Source of the DNA: Epithemia pelagica
Taxonomy: Eukaryota; Protista; Bacillariophyta
Reading direction: 5' to 3'
Length of the DNA stretch: 64,000 nt
NCBI GenBank assembly: GCA_946965045.2
Contig: OX337236.1
Location: 434,001-498,000, forward strand
Below, piece by piece: positions 49,828-60,682 of the stretch. The stretch's first letter is position 1, and each line of letters starts with the position of its first letter. The notes below the pieces were generated by a model. That model saw nothing but the letters and a program-made list of their open reading frames with translations, ran no database searches and was not told the origin of the DNA. The position numbers and the translations under genes are program-made.

Positions 49828-51141
49828 TCACGAATGAGAGAGCACGTGGCTGCTTCTTCCGGAGCCCAGCCACGAGTCTACTTCGTTGTTGAATTTGAGT
49901 CTTGGAATCGCGTCTCGTTTGTACGTTCCATATTCTTCGTAGTCCAGTCTCATGTGTTTGCAAAACGCCTTGTCGGACGAAACGGCAAGAATATACAAGG
50001 ACAAGCGATCCACCAAAGACTCTTACTGTTCCGTGTCGTCCTGCTCGTCCTGGTCATTCTTCTCCTGGCGTTGTTGTTTCTCTTGAACAAACTGCCATCG
50101 GGGCAAGAGCCGTTGATACAAGGAGGAGGCAATGTATCGTCCCCGCAAATGCGTCGTTTTTTGATGATCCTGGACGGGACGCCATTCGTCGTCCAAGGCA
50201 ATATATCCCGTTTGATTGTAAAAGCTCACAGTGGGGACCAAATTCTGTGCCAGGCTGATGAGTGTCAAGATATTTGGAATTTCGCCCAACAAGGCCGCCA
50301 ACGACTCTTCTTGTTTGGTAGGAGCCAAAGTATCCAACAATGGCGTCATTGCCGGTAACGCGTCAGACGTATGGTCCGCGGGATGGACGCCACCAAAAAG
50401 TTGTTCCTTGGTTGGAACATGGCTGGACACACCTCAGACGCGGGCTAGAAACTCAATCGTAGGAATCAAATTGTCTTGTAGACTGAGCGACACGATGGAG
50501 GGAGCTCGTTTGTCAATCTGATAGGTCGGAACCAGCAAAAATTTGTTGCTTTCTGATTCCAAAGCAAGGAATTGAGCATACTTTTGTACGCCCTCTTGGA
50601 GAAAGGCTACATCTTCGAAACGAGGCTGCGACACTTGCCACAGAAACATGGATTGACGCGTCGCACTTCCCAACAAATCAAAGCCGTCCACTTCTTGAAC
50701 GTCTTTGTTCTTGTCTTCTTGTCCTACTCCATCGTCCTTTGTTTTCTGGAGGAAAAAAGGCTGTTCGGGGTAATTCAGTTCCCATGAGTTTTGAGTCCGA
50801 ATCTCTTCTGTGCCTTGTTTGTCAGTGTCGTGTTGAAAACAAAAGAGTTCTGGAGCCTCGACAATCTTGCCAAACTCCTTATTGCTGTAGGCTTGATATC
50901 GCAAGGGAGCCAAGCGATGACAATGCCACAACCATGCCACATCCGACGGAGGGATGAGCTGAATCGTATCGTCGTCGTCATTGTTCGTAGCACTGCTGTT
51001 GGCCACGAGAGGAAGCCAGAACTTGAGATATCGGTCGACTGACTTGGAGGAAAGCGTTTGCAAGGTGACACCGGTTTGATGAATCTTGCGCAAAAAGTAC
51101 AAATGCAACAGGGCATTGCTGAGCAACTCGGACTCATTCAA
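49828..51141 (-). pseudogene. DUF1399(GRDP)-mTERF chimeric pseudogene, copy A
   Basis: DUF1399-like LIPPSDVAWLWHCHRLAP...LVPTYQID joins mTERF-like repeats (P.I.SLS...NL.PT..F; SLYQRLLPR; SDKAFC). In-frame stops at 50434-50436 and 50023-50025 where copy B has TGG and CAA. Confidence 0.68.
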
Positions 51142-52177
51142 TGTAACCGATTTTGTAGAGAGCTTGGCCTCACGGCAGAAATATCGTCCACATCCAAGAC
51201 TTTGAAACCGACGGATTGTCTCAGTTCCAACCTTTCAAGTTGTCCCCGCATTGTATCCACTCGCGGGCATGCTGGACCGTAAACGTGATTCGACTTTGTA
51301 GTAGCGAATTTTTCTCCTATCTCCCCGTCGATGGTTTTGGGGTAGTATTGTCGTCGTTGTGTGTGTTGGGTTTCAATGCGGATGAGTCCTGATGGTGGTC
51401 GTCGTCTTGAATGCGGTGGAGTTCTCCTCTTTTTGTCTCTGTTGTCCATCTGTGAATAATCGTGATCGTGCTCAATGGATTTTCTATTTTCTTTTTCACG
51501 CCGCAAAAAAGGACAGCCTAATGCCCCCCCAGCCCGAGTGGTTTTGAGGGTGTAATTTTACGTCCGAAACACCCCCGCTGGGGGTTCGACCGCTGCACAT
51601 GTGGCAAAGCACGGACGCTGGGGGGTAACATGATGGCTCGAAGTCTACCTAGAGAAGCATGTATTCTACTAGGTACTCATAGCTTTAGCGCCAAAAGGAA
51701 ACGAAAAAGTCATGTACCAAATCTATCTGGCTCTACTTCCCATCATAGCAATGATGTTTTGTTCCACTAGCGAGCTCGTCAATCGTTTCCGGTCCACTTC
51801 TCTGTCATCAAAAAGGCCAAACGGCCATGGAATCGCAGTCACCGTAGTGCCGAGTTGAAACATCCTACGCGCAGAGATTAAAGCCGAGTTGTATACCATC
51901 AAACGTGCTCGGATGGAAAACAATGGACAACTTTTCAAGTTCGGCTGTGTATCAAAATCTATTAGTTCCAGGGCGGACTCATCAAGTGCGTGATGCGTGC
52001 CTCGTCAATCCCTCAAGTGACACACACCCATGCGGGATACTGCTCGAACTCAAAACTCGCTAATTGTCACTTCAAGAAAAGTAAAGACAACATCTTAGCG
52101 ATAATGCTCTACTATTAGACTTTTGTTTCATCTATTAGAATTATCCATTTCTCTCAGCTTAGATTCCTTCACTTTTG

Positions 52178-54742
52178 TCAGTCCGTTGGAAGGTACTTTC
52201 TCACGCAACCGAACGTTTTCTCATACAAGTCCTTTGCATCTTTCCTATACGTGGATACAAAGGACGGCAACTGGGTGTTCTCGTCTTCTTCCTCTTGTTG
52301 TTCCTGATGCAATAGCTCATGGTGCATTGTAAACACATCGGCGCTTTGAAAGGCTTTCTGCGACTTGGAAGCCATGACAGCCGCATAGATACCAAATTTG
52401 TCTTCATGAATGCAAAACATCTTGGGAACCAGCTTTTCTTTCAAATCGTCAAGGTTGCTAGACACGGCTTTCTCTAGGGCATTGTCCAAATTCAATGTGG
52501 ACAAGCCATCGGTATCAAGCTTGCCAAGAACATTGTTGTAGCCTGACCGTCCCACATCCTCCCGATCTAGTCCAACGAGGCACAGGAGCAACAAACCTTT
52601 TGTGATACCAGCAAAGTGAAGTTTCTTCAATGATTTCGACAGGATGTCGTTCGCCTTCTCGGGTGACACCTCAGCGTGGTTCTTGACACGCACAAAGATC
52701 GGTACGTACTCAACCCTTTCGGACGATGCCTTTGATCGGCAGGGAACCACCAAATCTACTGCTTCCAGGTTGTTTGGACAGTATATTGCACAAGCCTTGC
52801 TGTACAAACCCTCGAGAAATTCCGACCGACCAAGATCGGACAGAGCAACGGGGAATGTATATCGAAACAACTGAATGAAATTCACTTGACAATTTGATAT
52901 CGCATCGCCTGCTTCTTCCTTCGTCAGGCCATCATCCTCAGTAGAATTAGCATTTCTTGCAATCTGTTCCAGATATTTGCCCAGGGCAACTGAAAACGTC
53001 TTGTAGTCAGAGTCTGCCTCCTTGCGAAGAATGTCTCCGCAAAACAACAAGAACAAGGCCGATGCCTCTTCGCCGTAGTCCCCCTTGTTGGTCTCACATA
53101 TACTCTTCGAAAAAAGCTCGCCCATCTTAGCGGACCAAAAGGTCTTTTTAAGCCCCATGATGGCAGGCATACGTCTGCCATACCCTCCATCTTGGATCTC
53201 AAAGTCCTTGTCTATAAGCGCCATACAGATTCGGGCGCAAACAGGGTCTGGTAAGAACGCAAATGTTGCCAAACACGGTAACTGAGACCTATTTGGCGCC
53301 TGCTGAAACGATGTCAAGTGAGCGTAGCCTTTGGAGACTAGGCTTGACACCATGGCAAAAGATGTCTGTCCCATCTGGATGCGAGTTCCCAGTACACTCA
53401 GACACGACCCCAGAGGCATTGTCTTGTCTCTGAGAATGATCTTGTTGGCAATTTCAAAGATCTCGTCATCGCCCAACTTCTTCTCCTTGTGCATTGCTGC
53501 GAACAAGGGACGGCCAAATCGAATCATGTTGTCGTATTCACTTGTGTCACTGCTTTGAGGAGTTTCTGCACCATCGAGGCCCGGGTAGTTTGCAAGACAT
53601 CCCATCGTTCGGAACATGAAGAAGGGGTCAAAGGGTGTTTCCCCCTTCTCGAAATATCCGCCCTTCTGTTCAACAACTCTCGACTCTGACGACTGTGCCT
53701 CAACTTCGGGGAACAAATTGGTCAATGACGTGGTTGTACCCGCCAACACAGCAACAATTCGATACTTCTTTGCGTAAAGAGAATATTCAGGGTCCTCCCG
53801 AAGAATCCATCGCAGCACACGAAATAAGTAGCCGTCGTGCTTTACCAGGTGTTGTGCTTCATCAAAGAACAGAATAACCTCGGCCGGATCATTTTCCTCC
53901 TGTTCCGGATTGGGATTTGATTTTGAAATTGCCGCGTAGCATTGATCGAAAACCATCTTGTAAAACTTATTGCTTGCTTTTTCCAAATCATCTTTTCCGT
54001 ACAGGATGTCAGGAATGCTGTAAGAGATATCGAATTTATCTGTCTCTAGGTGGGCGTGGTCCGTCGATGATAGTAAAATAGTCCGGCATGCAATATTCTT
54101 CGTCTCAAGTTGTTTCTTCGCCTCAATCATCAGTCTTGATTTGCCCGTTCCACTAGATTGCACAATTGTCAAGGTCGGCGAGAGATATTTATCACGGATT
54201 TCGTCATCCTTGTGCCATTGCCTCACGTTCTCCAATTTTTCCAAGAAGAGTTTTAGGTCTTCGTCGTGAGCAAGGCGCAGGCTGAATCCAAAGTCATAGG
54301 GAGCCATTCTCAAAGAGTCCAAGGGGACGGATTGAATATTGACGACATCGCCAGTCTTCAAGAAGTGAGACAAGTCGATCTTCAACTCCTCTTGAACTGA
54401 ATTAAAAAAGTCATCTGATCTTTTGAGATCCTGAATTTGGATTCCACCAAGCAAACGTTTTAACGTGCCCTCTTGATCCACCGAAAGGTTATCCTTATTC
54501 CATTGTTCATCGTAGTAGTCTGTGAAGGTTTCATCATCCTTCGGAGCCTTCGGAGATTTGCCAACATTGGCTTCATGCTTTGGAGGAGATGATGATTGAT
54601 CCGGATGAAACTTGATTTCCTCGTCGTTGCTCCCCATTCGTCTTCTTTGGTTGTTGTACGGTGGACGCGCCGAGAATCCAGCGACTCGTTGCAACGACAA
54701 CGACGGCAGCATGAGCCGCAGAAGCACCCTGGTCCTCATCAT
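52178..54742 (-). CDS. Crinkler-type P-loop NTPase + REase-fold protein, paralog B
   Basis: Near-identical to paralog A except for one N-terminal segment. Same motifs and presequence. Confidence 0.72.
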   Translation of the reverse strand: MMRTRVLLRLMLPSLSLQRVAGFSARPPYNNQRRRMGSNDEEIKFHPDQSSSPPKHEANVGKSPKAPKDDETFTDYYDEQWNKDNLSVDQEGTLKRLLGGIQIQDLKRSDDFFNSVQEELKIDLSHFLKTGDVVNIQSVPLDSLRMAPYDFGFSLRLAHDEDLKLFLEKLENVRQWHKDDEIRDKYLSPTLTIVQSSGTGKSRLMIEAKKQLETKNIACRTILLSSTDHAHLETDKFDISYSIPDILYGKDDLEKASNKFYKMVFDQCYAAISKSNPNPEQEENDPAEVILFFDEAQHLVKHDGYLFRVLRWILREDPEYSLYAKKYRIVAVLAGTTTSLTNLFPEVEAQSSESRVVEQKGGYFEKGETPFDPFFMFRTMGCLANYPGLDGAETPQSSDTSEYDNMIRFGRPLFAAMHKEKKLGDDEIFEIANKIILRDKTMPLGSCLSVLGTRIQMGQTSFAMVSSLVSKGYAHLTSFQQAPNRSQLPCLATFAFLPDPVCARICMALIDKDFEIQDGGYGRRMPAIMGLKKTFWSAKMGELFSKSICETNKGDYGEEASALFLLFCGDILRKEADSDYKTFSVALGKYLEQIARNANSTEDDGLTKEEAGDAISNCQVNFIQLFRYTFPVALSDLGRSEFLEGLYSKACAIYCPNNLEAVDLVVPCRSKASSERVEYVPIFVRVKNHAEVSPEKANDILSKSLKKLHFAGITKGLLLLCLVGLDREDVGRSGYNNVLGKLDTDGLSTLNLDNALEKAVSSNLDDLKEKLVPKMFCIHEDKFGIYAAVMASKSQKAFQSADVFTMHHELLHQEQQEEEDENTQLPSFVSTYRKDAKDLYEKTFGCVRKYLPTD

Positions 54743-55262
54743 CGTTTCGCCCGAAAGTGCGACGCCATTAAGGAATTTTCGGGAGCCGCAAACTCGGACT
54801 TTTCCGTATACCGTGAGTGACGCACAACGCTCGCACGCTTTTGTCAAAAGTGAAAATGCACCCTTGTTCGAAACATGAAATTGACTGATAATCAGCCCCG
54901 GGTGGCGTCTGTTCCACGACCTGAATGCATGAATGGTATCCTTGATGTACTCGAGTAGGAGTAAGAAGAAGCATTTGTGGATCTACCGATGTTGGAGAAT
55001 TCAATCCTCCAAATAAGGCAAGACATGGTGGCCGTTCTCCTGTACACCAATTGGCATGTTGTTTGTCATCATCCTGTGTGGGTTGGGGTGGGTCTTGGAG
55101 AGGGCTCTCTTGTTGTGCATGCATTCGAAAAAAATCCAACGGGTGACACACCACAAACGAACTCAAAGCTTGGCCTCGCAGCAGAAATTTGTGTATCCAC
55201 TCGTGTGCATGCTGGACCGTACACGTGATTCGACTTGGTAGTAGTAGCAGCGAATGTTTCTC

Positions 55263-56771
55263 CTATCTCCCCGTCATTGGTTGGGGGGTAGTATTGTCGT
55301 CGTTGTGTGTGTTCACGGCGCAGGAGTGCGAATGGTCATCGTCTACTGCTAGAATGCGGTGGAGTAAATCCTGGGCGACCCACTCCATAATGGGTCGTCC
55401 GGCGGCATTGATCCAGGCGTAGAACTTGGATTTGGAATTGGCCACGAGCATGGTATGTCCCAGGGGAAACAGGACCAGTTGATTCGAGGATGCGGTGACA
55501 TGGTCATAGACTTGTTGCGAGGTATATCCCGTCGGTCGGGGAGTTTCTCCGTACCGTACAACTCGTTCCAAATGGTTGCGATTGGCTGCTCCCAACATGC
55601 GTGATTTGGGCAAGGGAAGAGAGGGCAGTGTGGATCGAACATCCCAAAAGAGTTTGCGCCATCCCATGGCATCCAAACGGTCCGCCAGTTGGGTCGAATT
55701 CAAGGTTGCACCATCGGTTTTTCCAGGAGGTGATGATGGCTGTGATGCTGGGGGCCGTGTCTCGACCGCCAAGGATGGGGTGGTGGAACTGGCAGAGCCT
55801 CCATCCTTCTGGACCATATAATGCCGGGAGTACGAGTGTGGAGACACAAAGGCGGCCGTGGCCGTGGGAACTTGAAAATCGGTTTGATGGGCATTGGCAT
55901 GGGCCAAACGATGTTCAAAGGCCAAGAGGGGTTGGACAAATTCCTCCCGCACCGTCATGTCTTGAATGACGGAAGTGAAGCGAAACAAGTCTCGACCCGT
56001 TGGTTGCATGGCATGCGCAATGAGGGATTCCGTCCATCGATAGAGGGGGACATAGGTGTGTTGACTCACGCCCAAATGCGGGGTGGCCGTCGTACAAAAG
56101 ACGGCCGGACGAACACGAGGACGAGCCGTATTACAGGACGACGACGCATCCGAGTCGTCTGTTGGTGGTGTTGTTTGTGGTGTTGGATGCGACTGGAGGA
56201 ACGGAATTTGGGACAAGGCATGGCGAGCATACAATCCTCCCAAGGAATTGCCCACAAACGACAGGGACACCGTGGTGGTAGTGGCAGCAGTAGGATCGAC
56301 CGAGTCGTCTTCGTTGGAAACTAAAAAGTGTTGAATCAAGTCATTGACTTCGTCCGCCAAGCGTGTTCCTCCCGCCGCAATCCCATCAAAGGTTTGATCG
56401 CGATTGTACGTGGCACTGTGAACTACCACCTTTGGTGGGGATGGGGGTGCTGCAAGTTGTTGTTGCGTTGATGTTCTCGTCGTTGTGGCACGCAAGTGTC
56501 GTTCATGTACTTGTCGTTCCAAGGCGTGTTGCAAATATCCCATTTCCTGTGGATTTCCCATCCATCCATGCACCAACACAATCAAGTGCACAACCCTGGT
56601 TGTCGTAGGGGAGGTGGAATGATTCGACACGACGAGTGCTCGTGTTGGCCTCATCATCGACAACAAAACCATGCACACCAACGAAACAGGCGACCACCTG
56701 AAACGTCGTTTCATGCCAAGGTTGCTGCGAACGCGGCGACTGTGAGAACGACACAAGGACAGGAATGCCAT
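55263..56771 (-). CDS. DUF676 putative serine esterase/lipase, copy B
   Basis: Intact ORF highly similar to copy A. Confidence 0.88.
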   Translation of the reverse strand: MAFLSLCRSHSRRVRSNLGMKRRFRWSPVSLVCMVLLSMMRPTRALVVSNHSTSPTTTRVVHLIVLVHGWMGNPQEMGYLQHALERQVHERHLRATTTRTSTQQQLAAPPSPPKVVVHSATYNRDQTFDGIAAGGTRLADEVNDLIQHFLVSNEDDSVDPTAATTTTVSLSFVGNSLGGLYARHALSQIPFLQSHPTPQTTPPTDDSDASSSCNTARPRVRPAVFCTTATPHLGVSQHTYVPLYRWTESLIAHAMQPTGRDLFRFTSVIQDMTVREEFVQPLLAFEHRLAHANAHQTDFQVPTATAAFVSPHSYSRHYMVQKDGGSASSTTPSLAVETRPPASQPSSPPGKTDGATLNSTQLADRLDAMGWRKLFWDVRSTLPSLPLPKSRMLGAANRNHLERVVRYGETPRPTGYTSQQVYDHVTASSNQLVLFPLGHTMLVANSKSKFYAWINAAGRPIMEWVAQDLLHRILAVDDDHSHSCAVNTHNDDNTTPQPMTGR

Positions 56772-57120
56772 GGTCGGTATTTTGTTTGGCCGACGAACAA
56801 CTACCCCCAGCGGGGGCGAGTATTTTTCAAATAATTTCTCGAAGCATTTCCCACCACCCTCTCTGGGGATTATTTATACGCACATGTTTCCTATGCGATC
56901 CAAACGCGACCTCATTTATCCAGTCGACAAATCATCCCATTCGGCGCGTCGGTCGACGTCACCCTAGCGGGTGCGCGCGGCAGCGTTAAAATAGACTGTA
57001 CCTTTTTTTTTATCCCATTCGACGAGACCATGGCATCATATCGGATATATTAGAGATCCATTCTACATTGGGTCGGTTTCATCCATTGCTTGGCATATGG
57101 AGGATCCATTACAGAAAAAC

Positions 57121-59070
57121 ATGAACTCCATGCAGCAAGCGAGAAGAACGAAACCCAGAGGTTCCAACTACAACAACCGAGACAATAAGGTCAGTGTACT
57201 GCCCAATCCTATTAGTACTCCTCGACGACCACAGAGGCTTCGCCGTCGTCCTACCAATAAACACTTGTGGTCCTTGGAGGAAAGGATCCTGGAGTTTCCT
57301 CCTTCTTGTGGTGGAATATTCGAATGTTGTCGTGGCGTGAAAGGCATTGTCGTCAGCTGCCTGGTGTGTGGTATACTGTGCTACAGTGTGGCGATTGGAT
57401 TTACCTACCTCCTGATACACACCAACGACAATAAGAATACTGTTGCACTGCACTCCCACTCTATCGAACGACGACAAAGACGACGACAGGATCGACATGT
57501 TGGTCGTAGAGACCCCGGCCGTGGTACGCCGCCACCGGTTCCTCGGTATCAGCAACCCTGTGATGCAAGCTTTCACGAGTATCGGTTTTCCCTGGACCAT
57601 GGATGCGTGATTCATCCAATCCATGAACGCCCCCATTGTCAATTTCAACACTTGCTAATCTCACTCCCGTCCGTCTCGTCGGTGCGACGGGGTGGGGAAC
57701 CTTTTTTGCAAGATCCACATCCATAACCGTTTACCTCCCAGCAGGGTCTCGACGACAAACAAAACGACACGAAGAATGCTACCACATCACTCATTCTCGG
57801 ACAACCCGCCAATTATGACGTGCTCCAGTATGGGCGCAACACATTTTGGTTTTCGCAGCCGCCCGTTCCCTTCCCCCACTTGAACACTGATGACGACAAC
57901 AACGACCAAGATAAGAATGGCAGGAGGTTTTTCTACGACCGACCCACGGTTTTCCATTATATCAATGACATTTTTCTGCATGCCAAAATTCTGGACCCAT
58001 CACCCAGTATGTTCCAGTGTCCTACACAACAACAAGAACAACCAACTGTCATGACCCTCCCAGGCTTGACGTTGCTCGTGGCACGCGAATCGTATGCCAA
58101 TTTTTATCATGCCGTGCAACTGTGGTGGAATGCCTATTTCACTCTGATTGCTGGCTCCTCGACGACGACGATGGATCCTACTACCACCACAGACGTGCAT
58201 TTGATATTTCTCGATGCCCATCCACAGACGCCGCTCGACGACGTGTGGTCTCGTATCTTTGCCCCGGTCACCTACTTGCAACGCGATTACCATTTCCAAC
58301 CACAAACTGGCCACAACAACAACAATGACACCAACAACAAGACCATGCTGTGCCTCGAACAGGTTCGTCTCATTCCACCGGGAACCAATGCACCCTTTGC
58401 GGTGGCGGGCAAACATGCCACTCAGTTTATCCATCATTGTCCCAATCACACCATGACCCATCAATTCGTGCACCATGTGTTGGAACGATACAATGTCACA
58501 AAGGTCCAACAAATTCCTGGACGGGTCGTGGTCATTGACCGCCTCCCCTATCTCGCCCATCCTCGGTCCAATCCACAAACCATTGATCGATCCATTCCCC
58601 ACCTGGCCAACGTGACACGACACGTCTTGGAAACCGCCTTTGCGTCGTCGTCTTCTTCTTCTTCTTCCACGAGACTTTCGTTGGAAATTGTGGCATTGGA
58701 AACCTTGTCCATGCAAGACCAATTGCGTCTCATACGACAAGCACAGGTATTGGTCGGAAATCATGGAGCTGGATTGACGCATACCCTCTTTTTGCAGCCC
58801 CACTCTCATGTCCTGGAACTGTCCTGTCGACGCTTGTTTTTTCAACGCTTGGCCGAATGGAACCCCAACGTGACGCATTCCTGTTTAAAGCCCCTCGTCT
58901 TCCACAGCAAACACAACAATGACGACCAGAACAAGACGACGCGTACCACTGTTGCCATTTCCCCCGAATCCTTGGCCTACTATCTCGAGGCCCACGTCGT
59001 TCCCATTCTTCGCCAAGTATTATACTGGAACACCACCAGGACGCTCCATCGTCCGCAGAATGAACTGTGA
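57121..59070 (+). pseudogene. GT61 glycosyltransferase, copy B (probable pseudogene)
   Basis: In-frame TAA at 57724-57726 between two co-frame ORFs. A 2-nt insertion near 59022 alters the C-terminus. Confidence 0.75.
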
Positions 59071-59209
59071 CGAATCGGACATCCAAAAGAATCATCCCAG
59101 TATCTATCCAGAGGCTATTCGACAAACTGTTCTTTCCGGTACGACCAACGCAGTTGGAACAAGGCCCGTTTTTTCAGTTTGGTTCAACCGAGTGCCGTAT
59201 ACACGCATT

Positions 59210-60105
59210 TCACTCATTCATGAATGAATGAGAGAGCACATGGCTGCTTCTTCCGGAACTCAGCCAGGAGTCTACTTCGTTGTTGAACTTGAGTCTTGGA
59301 ATCGCGTCTCGTTTGTACGTTCCATATTCTTCGTAGTCCAGTCTCATGTGTTTGCAAAACGCCTTGTCGGACGAAACGGCAAGAATATACAAGGACAAGC
59401 GATCCACCAAAGACTCTTGCTGTTCCGTGTCGTCCTGCTCGTCCTGGTCATTCTCATCCTGGCGTTCTTGTTGTTGTTGTTGTTTCTCTTGAACAAACTG
59501 CCATCGGGGCAAGAGCCGTTGATACAAGGAGGAGGCAATGTATCGTCCCCGCAAATGCGTCGTTGTTTGATGATCCTGGACGGGACGCCATTCGTCGTCC
59601 AAGGCAATATATCCCGTTTGATTGTAAAAGCTCACAGTGGGGACCAAGTTCTGCGCCAGGCTGAGTGTCAAGATATTGGGATATTCGCCCAACAAGGCCG
59701 CCAACGACTCTTGTGGTTGTTGTTGGTTTGTAGGAGCCAAAGTATCCAACGTTGGCGCCATTGCCGGTAACGCATCAGACGAATGATCCGCAGGATGGAC
59801 GCCACCAAAGTGTTCCTTGGTTGGAACATGGCTGGACACACCCCAGACGCGGGCTAGAAACTCGATCGTAGGAATCAAATTGTGGTGTAGACTGAGCGAT
59901 ACGTTGGCGGGAGCTCGTTTATCAATCGGATAGGTCGGAACCAGCAAAACCATACCTTGAGATATCGATCGACGGACTTGGAGGAAAGAGTTTGCAAGGT
60001 GACACCGGTTTGATGAATGTTGCGCAAAAAGTCCAAATGCAACAAGGCATTGCTGATCAACTCGGACTCATTCCATGCAACCGATTTTGTGGAGAACTCA
60101 ACCAT
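59210..60105 (-). pseudogene. DUF1399-mTERF chimeric pseudogene, copy B
   Basis: Start MVEFSTKSVAWNESEL at 60105. A ~0.5-kb frameshifting deletion near 59950. The mTERF part is open. Confidence 0.65.
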
Positions 60106-60166
60106 GATGATTCGGAATGACTGATACTCAATGCACGAGGAAGGCAGCCGGGAAGAAACAATCAAC

Positions 60167-60680
60167 TGTCAACGAGTGAGACGCTGCTTCTTCATCAAGA
60201 AATAAGAACTATAATGCAGTCTCAGCCAACCGGTGTCTGATCCTCTCATTGAGAAGTTTGAATCCAACCACAAGTACAAAAGATGACACCAATCGCGTTG
60301 GATGCATGGATTTCTATACGTAAAACCAACTGTCGTTGTGTGAGTGTTTAAGGAGGCGCTCGCTTTGAGGGTGTTGTAGAGGAGTCGAATGGTCGTAACC
60401 GCTTGGGGTTGACCATTGTGGGACGATTCATTTGGAAGGTTCATAGTCGGTCTATGGAGTGAGGAGTTTGTCTTTTGAGTAAGTTTGAAAATTATGAGAC
60501 GGAGTTAGGACTATGTTTTGTGTGGTGAGTGGTAAGGTTGATTCGTGCATGTCTGAGTGAGTAATGGATGGTGTTAGAACCAATTGCTCAGCCTTCAGCC
60601 AATGCAATGGCACGCTTGTTTCTCCTTACAAACTTTGTTTTCGCTATAGAGTGAGCTCTCTCAGCTCGTCGTTAATCTAG
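60167..60680 (-). repeat. Possible 3' LTR/3' UTR of element C
   Basis: Non-coding stretch after the pol stop, with tgtcaac at 60167. The partner LTR is outside the window, so boundaries cannot be verified. Confidence 0.3.
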
Positions 60681-60682
60681 TC

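Larger units (their letters stand above)
42763..51160. repeat. Segmental duplication, copy 1
   Basis: Colinear with 52027-60095. Shared start cccatgcg(t/g)gatactgct; shared end aaccgattttgt(a/g)gag. Confidence 0.92.
52027..60095. repeat. Segmental duplication, copy 2
   Basis: Same four genes in the same order and orientation as 42763-51160. Confidence 0.92.

Noticed and set aside
51723-51938. 71-aa ORF between the duplicated segments
   Set aside because: Could be a gene fragment, but there is no motif support.
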